NCBI GenBank assembly: GCA_964247055.1
Contig: OZ176051.1
Span: 14,260,001-14,324,000 of the forward strand
Reading direction: 5' to 3'
Origin: Paragordius varius
Lineage: Eukaryota; Animalia; Nematomorpha
Length of the DNA: 64,000 nucleotides
Shown: positions 37,601 to 51,905 of the stretch, piece after piece
Layout of the letters: each line of letters opens with the position of its first letter
How positions within the stretch are numbered: position 1 is the first letter of the stretch
Translations under genes and position numbers: made by a program
Notes under the pieces: generated by a model
What the model saw: the letters and a program-made list of their open reading frames with translations, nothing else
Databases searched by the model: none
Told to the model about the DNA's origin: nothing

Positions 37601-39998
37601 ATCCAATATTTTGGGATATAATTTTTGACAGGCTAGATGGTGATATAAAAATTTTTTTGGAAAAATATATTCTTTGTTCAAAAATAATTTAGCATAGATA
37701 CATCGTATGTTATATTATTTTTAGACATGGTAAAAAAGGTATAAAGAAACTTCAAGTTTAAAGATCTAATTTTAAAATTTGAATATATAGTTTTTTCGGC
37801 ATTGAGATACACAGTCCACACGAAAAATATATTTTCTGATAGAGTGTCAGGATTGTGGCAGTTTTGGTTTTGGGTGACTCTTTTGTGGTCCTCAGAGCAA
37901 ATGATGGCAAAACACACATTTTATTAAGGAAAACTTTTATGAAAGTTATGCTTTATTCCAAAAAATATGGATATATTATAAACTATATATGAAAAACGAA
38001 CATAATTAGATGTGAATTCAGAAAGTGCGAAATAAGAGCCGTCTAAAATGGCCTAATTTTTTTAAAATGTGGGCGAAACATTTCGAAAATTTTAAAGATA
38101 TGCCATATTTTGACATCAAAAACTTTTTTTAAAAAAAGGATACTTTGCTAAAATTTAATGAGACAAAATTTTGAGGCGAGTTTTAAGGAGTGCGGTGAAA
38201 ACGCTATATAAACACCTTTTCGATGATCCATCGCTTTATTAAGAGATTTGTTATAGACAAAATAAATCTATTTATTACCTCTTTTACAAAAAATCGTTAA
38301 AAATTTCACGTCTAAAACATTATCAAATCAAAAATCTGATGTATTGGAAAGTTTAGCATCATTGTATTACATGGAAGAAATGTGTAATATCTTTAATTTA
38401 TACCGCTTCCACCATGATTCAAATACCTTAAAGCTTTCTTTCCCAAAATTTTGCTATTTAAATTTTTAGGCAAAATATCCAATTTTTATTCGGAAAAAAA
38501 ACTATATCGTGCATTATCGATATTATTGCCTGAGAGCCAACTAATTTTTGACGAGTCCAAAAATTAGGGTCTTTTAACACTTGGATACAACACACTCATT
38601 TTAGTCCTTCGATTCAAATTGGGGTAGTTGGATACCCCAGGCCTGTTTAAAATCAAATACTTTAAAAAGTATGGAAGCAATCGAAACCAAGGCAAAATTT
38701 TGCACTTATATAACATTAATAAACCGAAATATAAAAAAAATTTTATTCAAAAATACTTAATATTACTTATTTTGAGCTAAAACTGAAAGGTAAAAATTTA
38801 GTCGACGTGAAATGTGTCTAATTGTAAAATTAAAAAATAATACAAAATAAACCGCTTTTTCTATTTCTATCAATGTTAGATGTAATATATATAAAAAATA
38901 AGCTCTAGTTTTACCCTTAAAATTAAATGAAGACGTTATTTTGCAAAATTTTTGTAAAATAAAAATGGCGTCAAAGTAGTTTGAGATGAAACTTTTTTTT
39001 CAAAACAAAATTTTATCAAGATATTTTGGCATATTTATATAATATTTATCAGGATAGAAGCATAAATTTAAAATGGGACCGTTTCCTTCAGTAGTTTTTT
39101 AAAAATTTTAATTTAAATTTAGTCTGGGGTATTTAGATACCCCAATTTGAATCGAAGTGTTAAAATCGCCATTTAAAAGTTAAAATTTTATGAAAATGTT
39201 GCTTTGTATAATTAGTTTATGTTTTATTTTAGTGTTTTTTTTAAGGTATTTTTTCACGAAAATATTTTATTTAGCTAAATAACTTTGCCATTTTTTGATA
39301 TTGATATTAAGTAGACTATGATAATCCCGAATTTTCAGAAAATATATATTTGACAGCATATATTCTATATAATTTAATAATGTTAAACTCTTGTTTCACT
39401 TTGGCTGAAATTTTTTGCTTTCACTTCGATTCAAATTGGGGTATCTAAATACCCCAGACTATATTTAAGTTGAAATTTTTACAAACTACGGAAAGAAACG
39501 GTCCCTATTTAAATATGCTTCTATCCTGATAAAAATTATATAGATACCGAAATATCTAAATAAAATTTGATTTTGAAAAAAAAGTTCCTTATCAAACTAC
39601 TTCGACTGCATTTTTATTTTGCAAATTTTTTTTAAAATATCGTGTTTATTTGATTTTACAACTAAAATGAAAGCTAATTTTTTATTTATATTATATCTAA
39701 CATCGAGAGAAACAGAAAAAGTGGTTAATTTTGTATTATTTTTAAATTTAGATATGCACACATGTCATGTAGACTAAATTTTTACCTTAAGGTTTTATCT
39801 AAACATAAGTAATATCAAGTATTTTTGAATGAAATTTTTTTATATATTTCGGTTCATTATGTTATAAATGTGCAAATTTTTGCCATGGTTTCAATTCATT
39901 TCATATTTAAAATATTTAATTTTAAATAAGCCTGGGGTATCTAACTAGCCAAATTTAAATCGAAGGACTGAAATGGATGTGTTGTATCCAAGTGTTAA
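34667..39998. repeat. Cluster of about 6 copies of a 520-590 bp TTAA-flanked MITE (piggyBac-like target), mixed orientation
   Basis: Clear copies at 35746-36311, 38574-39163 and about 39421-39998. Partial copies at 34667-35632 and 36310-36830, and another at about 56577-57085. Shared TTAACACTT ends and TTCGATTCAAATTGGGGTA subterminal repeats. Confidence 0.85.
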
Positions 39999-40198
39999 AC
40001 TTCTAGTTTTTTATTCCATTCTATGCTTCAAAATACCATAAAACACGGTATATTTTTGCAGATAATATTTTTAAACAAATACGCATTTTTTTAAACTATA
40101 CTCTAGCATATTCGATAGCGTTTATTTCACAAGAGGGCGAATATTCGAGTTAGGATAGTTTAATATATACAAATATTTTAAAATTTTTTACCACGAAA

Positions 40199-40241
<43 letters not shown>

Positions 40242-40299
40242 CAGTAAGGCCCAAAAGGCATCAATATATATATTTTGTTAAGATTTTTTTTGCTGTATA

Positions 40300-40600
40300 T
40301 CGCGCATTGATAATAAATTTTGAATCACGGATTGCGAAACTAGCAGAAAACACCTTAAAATCTTTTCGTTGAGAAATTATTATGTCTTTGAAATACTCTC
40401 CTGACCCAACGCTATCGGACTATAGCCTCTTATGGGACACGAGCCCAAACGACAGCACTTTTAAATTACGAAAACGCTGAAAAAGTGCTTACGAATAATT
40501 TGCTGCAAATGCACGATATTTGGAATAAAATTAATTCATTTCCTTTCATTAGACATGACTTTATTACACCAAGTAGACGGAGACTTCGAAAGTTTCAAAA
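40300..40600 (+). mobile_element. Decayed mariner transposase 3' remnant
   Basis: YSPDPTLSDYSLL at 40394-40432 resembles the mariner YSPDLAPSDYHLF motif. The downstream frame is broken. Confidence 0.6.
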
Positions 40601-43600
40601 TTTTTGCCACCATAAAATGGGCTAATTTATTAAAATAAAGGCAACGTTTATTTGAGGAATAGCCCATTTAAAGGGGGCTAAAAAATCTAATCATTCGAAG
40701 TTCATATATAAAATGTTAAATTTGATAATATTGTTTTGCTTTTTTAATGTATTAATAATAATTTTGGAATCAAGCAAAGAGCTATGAATTTTATTTGGCA
40801 TAATGCGCGCAAATGCGATTTTTCAATACGGTCATTCGAAGGTCAACCAAGCACCATTATAATCCTATACATTGGTATATCCGAATATATTAATATTTTC
40901 AGGATTTTTTATTTCCCAATTTCGTGACTGTTATACCATGGCAGAGAATATTTTAAACAAATTTAATAATTTATTTTTATGTGAAATTCTATCAAATTAT
41001 CCTAAGAGGCGGCCTAAACCTGCCTATAATTTTTTATTTTGGTTTTTAATGATAAATGATCGATCTCCTTTTTAAACCGAAGCTGTTTTTTTATTTAATT
41101 ATATAATAGTATATGATATGAAAATTCATAAAATAATTTTAAACATTTTCCGCTGTATATAGTTTTATAGATTGACGACACATTTTAGCCTGCTTGTTGG
41201 CTTAAACGTAATGTTTTAACGCGCATTTAATGCATTTAACCTTGGGAGGATGATAGTTAGATGAATACCATAAATAAGCAAGAAAACTTCTATAGTATAC
41301 AATGTGTATAGTTAATTTATCGCACTTTCAGAATCTTTGATTTTTTTCCACTGTGAGAGTCACAGAATTATTATTTAGGTATTAATGTGATCTGCTATTA
41401 ACCAAATGAAATTTAATAACTACTCCCGTGTGTTTATTGATTTTTATAAATGAACGATATTAAGGAAGGACTATATATGGTATGTTAATACAGAAAAAAA
41501 ACTCAGATAACTATATAATTTCCGGTTTATTAACGCTATGATTAAATTTTATTAGTAATGTAATCAATTTACCTTCGAAGCTTTTTTCACATTAAGTATG
41601 GCTTCCTTTAAAAAAATATAATAAAAAAGACGGTGGTAAAATTATTCTATATAAATGTACTCCATATTAGATATCATTTTTGCATATTATTATATATATA
41701 AAAAAATAATTATTTATTAGCTAGGAGTGAAGAAGTTAGTTAATTTGAATTATCTGCTAATGGTATTAAAGAGAACTTACATTACAAAATCCTTATGGTT
41801 ATTATTGAATGTTCATTCCTTTAAGCCTTAAAATATTATCTTATACATAAAATTTTTGCTCTAAGTTCGCATGCCGTATGCGGCCCGCGAAAATTTTGGA
41901 ATGCTAATTTGCAAAAACCACTACTTGGTAAAATTGATATTTCTTAGATATTTTTTTCTAAATAAATCTCTCCAAATAGCAAGAACGAGAAAAATTGTTG
42001 CATTCCGTTTTCTTTTTGTAGTCTTATGTATAAAATTAAATTATTTATGAATGCCCATATATATTTCGAATGCTGCCTGTCATAATTTTGAGTTATAGCG
42101 ACCCCCAAAGTCAATTGTGTTTAACACTCTAAAATTTAAATATTCTTCTATCCCAAAATTTCATAAAGAACAATCTGTTTGTTGTTTAAAAAGATATAAT
42201 ATTGTTGATTTGTTTAGTGGTATGGTTTCGATTATTATTAGTGTCAAATCAAATTTCACCCTTGAATAATTCAAAATCCTCAAATAAATGATGTGTTTTT
42301 TTAGGATTTAAAATTACCTATAAATATATATTTAAAAAATTAAAATTTGTTTAAAATCTATATAACACTGAAAAAATTAGAAACTATGCCATAAAGATGT
42401 ATTTTATATTAATAATGAGTTATATTAGCCCCAGATTAATTTTTCCGGTAAATTTAAATTGTTTGAGGGTTAATTCTATATTGCTTGTGGGGTAATTTGA
42501 ATTGTTTAAGGGTATAATGTAAATATTTATATTAATATAGCTAAGTCTATGCCCAATAAAATATAAAATTAATGGACTGGTCATTATATAAAGTTCCTTA
42601 GACATTAATAAGTTAAAGCTATAATTAAATAAGTTTTATAAAATGAAATCAAAGCTAAAAAAACATAAAAAGTTTTATAACAGGCTTGTAAATTGAAAGG
42701 TCTTTATGTCAGTTTTGTCTAAATACGATAGTAATAACACTAGCTATTATATGTTATTGACATGAGAGTGTGATTGACCCTTTTGGTAATATGGAATAAA
42801 AATAAATGCTTTTTTAAATATAAACATGCCCAAATAGTTTTATATAAATTGCATTACAAGTAAAATATTTGCTATAAATTATACTCAAAAAGCTTATACC
42901 ATAAACTCGGTTAATAGGCCCCACACAATTTGATGAACGTCATCAAAAAAATAATTTTGCTTCTTAAGATTCGACGGGTTAATAGAAAGTGGCCTTGTAA
43001 ATACATGGCTTTTACCTTGCCAAGCCCCACACCAACGTCAAATCGTTTCGGCGAACTCACGAATAATTTGCCGCAAAAGACAATCAATTATTATGGCGTG
43101 GCATTCAATCCGTATTGGACGGAATTTGTAGAGCCGAAGGATTATATTTAATATAATTGATTTCCTTTCAAAGCTACATGAAACAAAAACTGTTAGGGAC
43201 TTTGGAATACACTGGTAACTAATAAAATATTATCTTTTAATTTTTATACAATATAACCTTTTTTCTTTGCAAAGTGTGGGTTTCGGAATCTAGCCTCACC
43301 ACAAAGTGTATTAGTGAATATTTCTTAAAATAATAATGGAAGCATGCTCACGATTTTTATCAACTTTTTGTAAAAGTATCCTTTATATTCAATGATTTTT
43401 TTGTCTAGTAATATTGAAAGGGCTAAAATTATACACTATAAAACTAAATACATCTGATTATAGTTTTTTGCCTTCGAGAATAACTTAATATTTGATACTT
43501 ACACCTTTAGATTGATTTTAATCCCAAATTTCAATAATCACAAACTTTAAGTGATTACAGTATACGTGAATATATATTGCTAGGAAGTTAATTATTGCCA

Positions 43601-44569
43601 AATAGCATATGTCAAAAGAATTATAAGTGGCTAATAATAAAGTAAATGAAAATAACTATAAGCCAATAATAAGCTATTTGGCAATAATTAATTAATTAGT
43701 AAGTAATATATACTTACTAATATACTGTAAAATCAACGTTTAATGGTGACAATCTATATAACGAATTATTTTTTCCCAATACTAAAAAATCATAAATCAA
43801 GATTATATTTTTCTAATCCAATCATACCATACTCAGTTATTATGTTTGTATAATGGCTGGCTAAAATGTAAGTTATAATTTTGCGATTTTAAATTTTAAT
43901 GTAATTAAAAATTCAATGACCATTTTATTTGTTAATTAAGGTTGTAAAATTAGTTGGACAATAAAACTACCATTATAAAACTATTATTTACTATTTAAAT
44001 TATCATTTTAGTGTGCAATGAATGGAATATAGATAAATCTTAAATACATTAAGAAAAAATGATTTATCAAAGTCTATTAAAGCGTAAATGCATCCATTTT
44101 TCAAGAAAAAAATAATGAAGCAAGGGGTAACCCTTATACGATCTCAAAAGATTTTGTATGATTTTTATTCATGAATATTGTTCAATGTCTGGGTTTACCC
44201 AGGTTAAATTAATTTTCAAAAATGGGTCTGCAAAATTTATCGGGGGATAATATTTTTTTTAGGATGATGTGCTAATATTGATTTTGGATTTATGCTAAAT
44301 TTAATTCTGATTCTGCCCCATGGTAGATGAACAAATTATTATATATTGTTACGTTAACCGTTGAGTTTTGATCGATTTTGAATACTACTGTTAAATTTTT
44401 CTCGTGTACAGAAGTAACGAATCTTAAATAAATCATCATCTGAAGGCATTATGATTCTAGTAACCCTATTAAAATTCGCGAATGTGTGTTTTATGTCGTA
44501 TATTAAAAATATGATAGTTAAAAACTCATTTTTGATTAATTATTTAGGGTGTCATATATTTTTACCAGA

Positions 44570-45560
44570 TTTTTAGTAATAATGTAATTATGAAGAGAAA
44601 TTGTTTATTATTTTACAGACATTGTATCGGCCATTTGGCTCATCTCTTAGATACATAAGAAAGCGGTGGTATAAAAATGATTGTCTTTTGGGTAATCCAT
44701 TCCACAATCCCTTTTCCAATGTCTTCCAAATTATTTTAGTACTGCTATCTTTACTCTGCTTAGGTGTGCCACATTGATGCAAGGAGGTTATAGTTAGATG
44801 ACCCTATGTTAGAAGAATAGGGGGACGATTTTCTCACCGAAGCGATTTTAAGGGATTACTGGTTATGTTGTGTGAGATGGTAGCTTTTTCAAGAGCGAAA
44901 TCACTTTGCCATATTTTTTGGTCTTTCCAGTCGATTTTCGATTAGTGAAGAAGCGTTGTATAAATATGACTTAATATGCTTCGAAAATTCATAATAAATA
45001 CCGTTCTCATACAGACACCGAGTATCGTCTTGCCGTTGGTATTAATTTTGACCAAACGACCTCACAACATCATGGCTCGGATTTTTCCTGATCTTTGTGT
45101 TAATAAAACAATTACGCGTCACAGTCAAGATATTCTACGAAAAATATTCCCTTTCGCGACGTCAAAGCACGAATCTACACTAGAGCAATTTTTTTCGATT
45201 TGACGCTATATTGTGTGAGGCTTATTTACCGAGTTTATTGGTGTATCTCATTGCTATAAGTGACTGCTGATTGTTTATTGTGATGCATAAAAAATTCTTA
45301 TTTCTGTGGAGTTTGAGTGGGTGATTCATCCAATAACTCTTGCCCGTGATAGTGTTTGCAGTTGTGTGGTCTACCAGAGCGTCCGCTGTCTACATTGGAA
45401 TGACAACTCAAAGCTATGTATCACATGATTTAATCGATGGATTATGCCCACCATATTTTTTCACTAGCATACGATTTAACTTCTCTTATTTATAATAAGA
45501 AAAGCAATGCCTACCGCAAATATACTTTTTGAGGTACGAAATTTGACAATAAGTGATCAA
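44570..45560 (+). mobile_element. Highly decayed Penelope-like element (RT + GIY-YIG remnants)
   Basis: CLLGNPFHNPFSNVF (about 44681-44727) resembles the RT G..MGNPLSP.LANIF motif. VVY (45366) followed by VYIGMTTQ (45388-45411) resembles the GIY-YIG motifs. Confidence 0.5.
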
Positions 45561-46871
45561 AATTAGACGCTATCTTTTGACTGTCAAATTGTGGTCTTAT
45601 GAAGGTGAATGGCATATCAAGGATGACTCAAAATAATGCATCTGGTATAATATGTAAATTATAAAAGTATTTTTTGTCCTTAAGTGTTAGCACCTTAACA
45701 TGTTTTATAAATGACGAGATGGTCCTGTTCTTTATATTTATATCTCGGTGCCTCTTGTCTGCCAATATTTGTTCTGAAAGCCTATCACCTACTTTATCAA
45801 AAAAAAGTCAGCTACCCTAAACCTTCAAGAAGTCCCCTAAATTTGTATAAAGTTAAGGACTTTGGCTGTGATTAAATTATAATAATAAAATGCACATTGT
45901 TTTTTATCTTAGGTGTCATATAAAATATTTATAAAATTTTTCATTTTTATCGGTTCCCAAACCAAAATACATTTTTTTATTTTGATGGTCTTTCAAGGAA
46001 GGATATAATAAAAATATTAATATCAAAATTAATTTATTTTTATAATTCTCATTATTTTACATATAGCTATATATTTTTTGATATGTAAAGCTTAGCTCTC
46101 GAATCTTGGGCGAAAAAAATAATGAAAACTAATTACCAATACAATAATATAAACATTTTATGAATAATAATAATTGAATATATAATGTTTTAGAGATATA
46201 CTCCAAAACTTTTTTAATATATTAAATTATTGCACATAACTCTACAATTTGTTGCAAAAATCTTTGACCAATATGAGACTTGAGAATATTTCATCGTTTC
46301 ATATATGAATTATTATAGTAGAATTAATACATGCATTGTTAAAGTAAGCCACATTACAAATATTAATATAAAAAATAATAAAAAAGAATAATCATGATAG
46401 TCTTATAAAAAAATCAATCATTTTTGCATTTTTCTTCACTCACGTTTTTACACAAGCCAGTTAAAGACTATCCTGATAAATTTATTATTTCGATTCTCTT
46501 CAATCGTTTTGAAAAAATGTGTGATAAAAATTATTAATTTTATATGATTCCGGAATAGCTAATTGATATATATTTTTTCCATAGTTCAATTTGTATTGGA
46601 TTACTGATTAGTTTTAATTAGATATATACAATAGTTTCAAATTTTATAGATTGCTCTTCGTATTTTATGGTATGCGATTTGTATGTTTTTTCAATTCTCT
46701 CGTTATAGTTATATGTGCATGGTATCCACTAATTTTTTGCACAAGATTTTTTTCATATTTATCTGTAAAACCAATAATATTGTACAAAATGAATAAACAA
46801 CCTTAAAGCTGATATAACTGAGATTCATATCTATTTTTTGTGTATCACGACTTAAATTTTTCACCATAAAC

Positions 46872-49240
46872 ATGCCAATCGCAAACAGTGGATTAATTAA
46901 GGGTCCAACAACAGCCCCCCTGTCACCAAATTTAAAAAATGATCCTAACAAGAAGAAGAAAAGTATTTTGCCCTCATCTAAAAGTAGCCTATCTGTCGGC
47001 ATAACTAAAAGCGGCACTAATAGTCGGAACTTCGAAAGTATGTTGAATATGAATAGTAAAAATGAAAACATATCAAACAACACTAACATGAAGGCGAACA
47101 AAAATGTTAATATGGTTGTTGGGAAAAAGTTGCTCTGTAAAGTTCAACTCTTGGATGATTCTATCATTCCTTTTCAAGTTCCGGTATATGTATAAATATA
47201 ATATATATATATGTAGTATATATATATATATATATAATTTTCATGATATATAATAACAAACATGAATAACAGAGATTCATATCTCTTTTATATATGGGTT
47301 TATGTATTTTGGAAATTTGAAATAAATAGAATTTGGTATGCATATATCCGAAATGCCTTATAATAGTCACATAATAAATATTTACAAATTATTGATAAAA
47401 AAGTACAATCGTGGTATAGATAAGTTAGGGTTGGACTCGCGATAACTTTGTATGACCGTGAATGACAGTTTTTTAACATAAATCAGGCAAAAGCTTTCTA
47501 AACATGTGTTTACGTGATATAAAAAATAATGATATAGATATAGAACTTTTGTTATAAAAAAATGAGATTCATTTATTTTGTTTTTATGATTAGTTAGGAG
47601 GTATTACCATTTTTAAAGAAGTAAAAATGGTTAATTTCGATTATTATACAATACACAAATTTTGTCTAGTTACATAATGGAAATTCTAAGTAGTGGTCCA
47701 GAATAGCAGTTTAAATATGACTTTTAAATAAACTTCATTGCATGCATGATTCTATCAGAAAAATCTGAATTGAAAATTATATCAATATCTCTCACTAATT
47801 TTTTATCTATATAACATTTTAATTATTTATCCATAACATATAATAATATAATATTTCATCTTCCTATACATTATTTTTTCATGAACTTTATTATCTTTTC
47901 ACAAAAATATTTTGTACTTTATATAGTTAAATTCAGAACAGCCCTCTAATTGCCTGACCTATTTAATTAACTAACTAATATCTCTATATAAAAATTATTG
48001 TTACAATAAATAAATAAATAGGATTTCTCATTGCATAATATATTAAATACATAAATACATTATTGGAAATAAAAAATGCAATAATATGGAGTATTAAATA
48101 AATGATACAACAAGCACAGTATTGGAATTTAGCGTGCATAAGGCATAATATTTAACAAGCAGGATTAATATTAATGATTTTTAATGTAAAATCGTAATGC
48201 AAAATTTATCCAATGGTTTCTACCTAATGAATTAATTGGAAATAATATTTTTAACAAATTATTTTTGGCAACGATATATAATTAGTTAAATTAATGAAAA
48301 GTATAATTTATATAATTGCAAGATGTAGACGCTACACCCCATATACAGTAAAACTGAAATTATACGGACAAAACGTAAAATATTAAGACAAATATTTTTT
48401 TCTAGATAACCATACTTTTTCAAACCTTATTTTTTCCCATATAAGCTATGTAATTATAATTGTTATATATAGAATTGTGTCAATTACATATCAATTTTAT
48501 AGATTGCAATTTGAAATGAGTTATTTTTTAAATAATGGAGTTAAAAAAGTATGGTTTTCTTATAGGAAAAATTTTTTGTCCTTATATTTTTACATTTTGT
48601 CCGTATAATTCCAATTTTTACTCTATTTATAAAAACAGATTTTTCTCGTATTTGGTTTTTTATATCATATTCGCCTAAACAATAAGTATTAAATATGATA
48701 TTTTATAGCAGTTTTATGCATTAAATTCTTCAATTTCTAGAATTGACTTTTTTTTATATATAATAAATTTCAATGCGTTAAATTAAATATACACCTAATT
48801 TGGATTTCAAAGTAAATATTCGTATAAAGGAATTTATAAATATTAATAAGATTAGTACAATGAAGGCGTTTCCATATCCTAACACAACACAATTTCTAAA
48901 ATATTTTAAAAATTTATATTTTTATCTTGTTTAGTACCGATATAAGGCTATTTAAAAGTCAAATAGAAAAGTAACAACTGTTTTATTTATATATTATAAT
49001 ATAAACTCTATAAATATTTCAAAATTTGAAAATTTAACCATGCAGTATAAATATTACTTTTGAATATAAGGCAACCATTTTAGCAATGAAAATATTTAGA
49101 TTGTCCACATAGAAAAAAATCATTGATAAAACAGAGTTTAAAATTTATTAACTAGAGATAATCGATATGGTAAAAATAATTATTGGTTAAAAATTTGCTT
49201 TTACCATGATAGGTCAATATTCAGGGCTACGTATGTGTTT

Positions 49241-49283
<43 letters not shown>

Positions 49284-51863
49284 TTTATGTACATTTAGTA
49301 TCAAATGCTAATTTAACTGATTTTTTTCGATTGGTAACATAAAAATTTGTCAATATTTATTTAAATCAGAATTTAAAGTATTAAATACTTATTTGGGGAT
49401 ACGTCAAAAAAACCAGACACAACACATATTTTAATTGGTTTAGGCTCCAACATTTTTTTTACAATTAAGAATGTTCTTAAAAATATCTGCCTTATCCTTT
49501 TGATGGCTCAGATATTTAGATATAAATCTAACCCTGGAACACTAATTGATTTCCCTGACAGAATTAGAGTCTGAATGGGTTTTAACGAGTCCTATCGATT
49601 TTATTTTATGGTCCTATTTTTAAAATGGCTATGCTTCACATATATGAAGGTACATAGTTCGGCTGAACACGTATTCTCCTTTCTACCTGAAAATATAAAT
49701 AATTTTAATATTGGGATTATAATCAGCCATAATTGCAATGGATTTCTTAAAGTGAATTTTTAATTACTACAAGTAATCTTTGTCAAACCTAAAAATAAAT
49801 TAAAATATAAACTAAAAATTTAAGTATAAATAAAAAATACTCCTTAAGGCGCCAGAAAATTATCCTGCACGACCCCTATATATTTCTATTCTGGGTTAAA
49901 TATAGCTAAAATATTTGGTGAAATATCCGAATCAGTCAAAATATATTGATTTTTGATTTAACACATAATAGAACCAAAAAAATATTGCATTTCGCATATC
50001 GATTACTCAATTATGATTATACATGGTGTGTTATATTAAACAGTTTAAATATTTTTTTATCGTCACAGTAAACACGAAAATAAAATTAGTTTAATAACTA
50101 TGGAATGCATCCTTTTGCGATTGTTATTTCGTAGTATTTTTCCATCATAATTTAACTTGAAAATTTTTATTAACGAATGGCAGTGTGAAGAAAAATTTTT
50201 CTAAACCTAATTTTTTATATTTTTTAATGGATAGGTTTTTAGCCATTATTTTTACATTTAGAGTTTGCTTGTTATGACCTTGTGGCGTCTATTACCTTAA
50301 TTTGAAAAGTAAGATGTGAAAATTTGTTACGTCCAATAATGTTAGTCAACCAACTAGTTATATTTATAAAAACATCAAATCAAGAAAAATCATTAAATAC
50401 ATAATATAATATTATTTGATAAATCACAGTAGTACGTATATCACAATATTTTTTTATCTATCCATTTGCCAATATAACTTTTGCATTTGCAAGAATGTAT
50501 GTTGTAGTGTGGTTATTAAGAATTTTTTTTCTGTTTTCAATAGATATTATTTTTTTATCGATTTTCTCATTATGTGCCTTTTTATTTCCTCCAAAGTTGC
50601 TCACTCTCGCTATCTTTCCATCTCTCCAGTGTTGTTTAAACTATTGTTAAAGAATTACTTCTTTTGTCTCTTAGAATAGTAATCCCTAAAAATGATCATG
50701 AATCCCTAAAAAAATCCTATAGAGTCTGTTTTTTAAATCTGAAAAAAAAATAATTTTATGCAGTGTAAAAGTTTAGGTTGTATTTAAAATGTATTTTTAA
50801 TATTTATTTTATTTTTTAACATTTCTTGTGCACTAATAAAGCGCAAATTATTGTTAGGGTTCGATTAACAGCTATATAGTTATAGACCAACATACAATGA
50901 TCATAAAATATATTAGTAATAATAAATTTAGTATGAAACAAAAATTAATAATTAGATTATCATAGAATAGCTAAAATGACATACCCATACATTACTTGCC
51001 TTTTAAATGCAAAGTTTAAAATTAATCTATAATCCCAAAACTCGATTATTGAGATAATTATATTATTTAGAGATATTTTATTATATTTTAACCATGTATA
51101 TAGGACACAAAAAATATCCCACCCGATCAATAAATGTAACAGGTCTCTTGGTGCTTTTATTGGGTGGGCCTTGCGGGTGTATGAGGAATCTTTTTTCGTT
51201 TTTATGACAATTTGTCTATATCAAAAAGTCGCAAATTGGCGCATATTGTGTTAAATTATATTGGAAACCTAAATGCCTCATCCCAAAAATTATCAGAATA
51301 TAGCAAAATATATGTTTTGATATTCTTTGTCTGTTCGTTTCAAATTTTAAAATAAAGGCAATAATAGCAAGATTGGGCAATATCAATGCGCTAGATGACA
51401 TTTTTTTTAAAAAAATGCATACTTTGGTAAAATATAATTTTTAGCTAAATGTTATATATATGGTGGGATGGTGGCAATATAAAACATTTTTAGTTATTTA
51501 AAAATACTTTTTCCATATGATTTTATGATTTTGCATATTTCTACCTCATTTTGATAAATCACATCAAATTTAAGTATTTGAAAACATTGAGTCGAGTTAC
51601 TATTTTAATCAAAAAATTGAGCTAAAAATGTTCAGCATTATTAGTCATTAAAGATATCACAAGATTCATATTGTTTCCACCATGCTTCAAAAATATAAAA
51701 CTTTAAAATTTTGCTAAATATCAATTCAAACAAAGTATGCATTTATTACACTATAAAGTCATAATCTAGCATGAAATTTATCTTTTTAATTTCGGCCTTT
51801 TTGGGTCTATTTTTAGAAAATTCGCCATCTGGAAGTATTTGAGATTTTGGTCCGTTTCAGATT

Positions 51864-51905
<42 letters not shown>

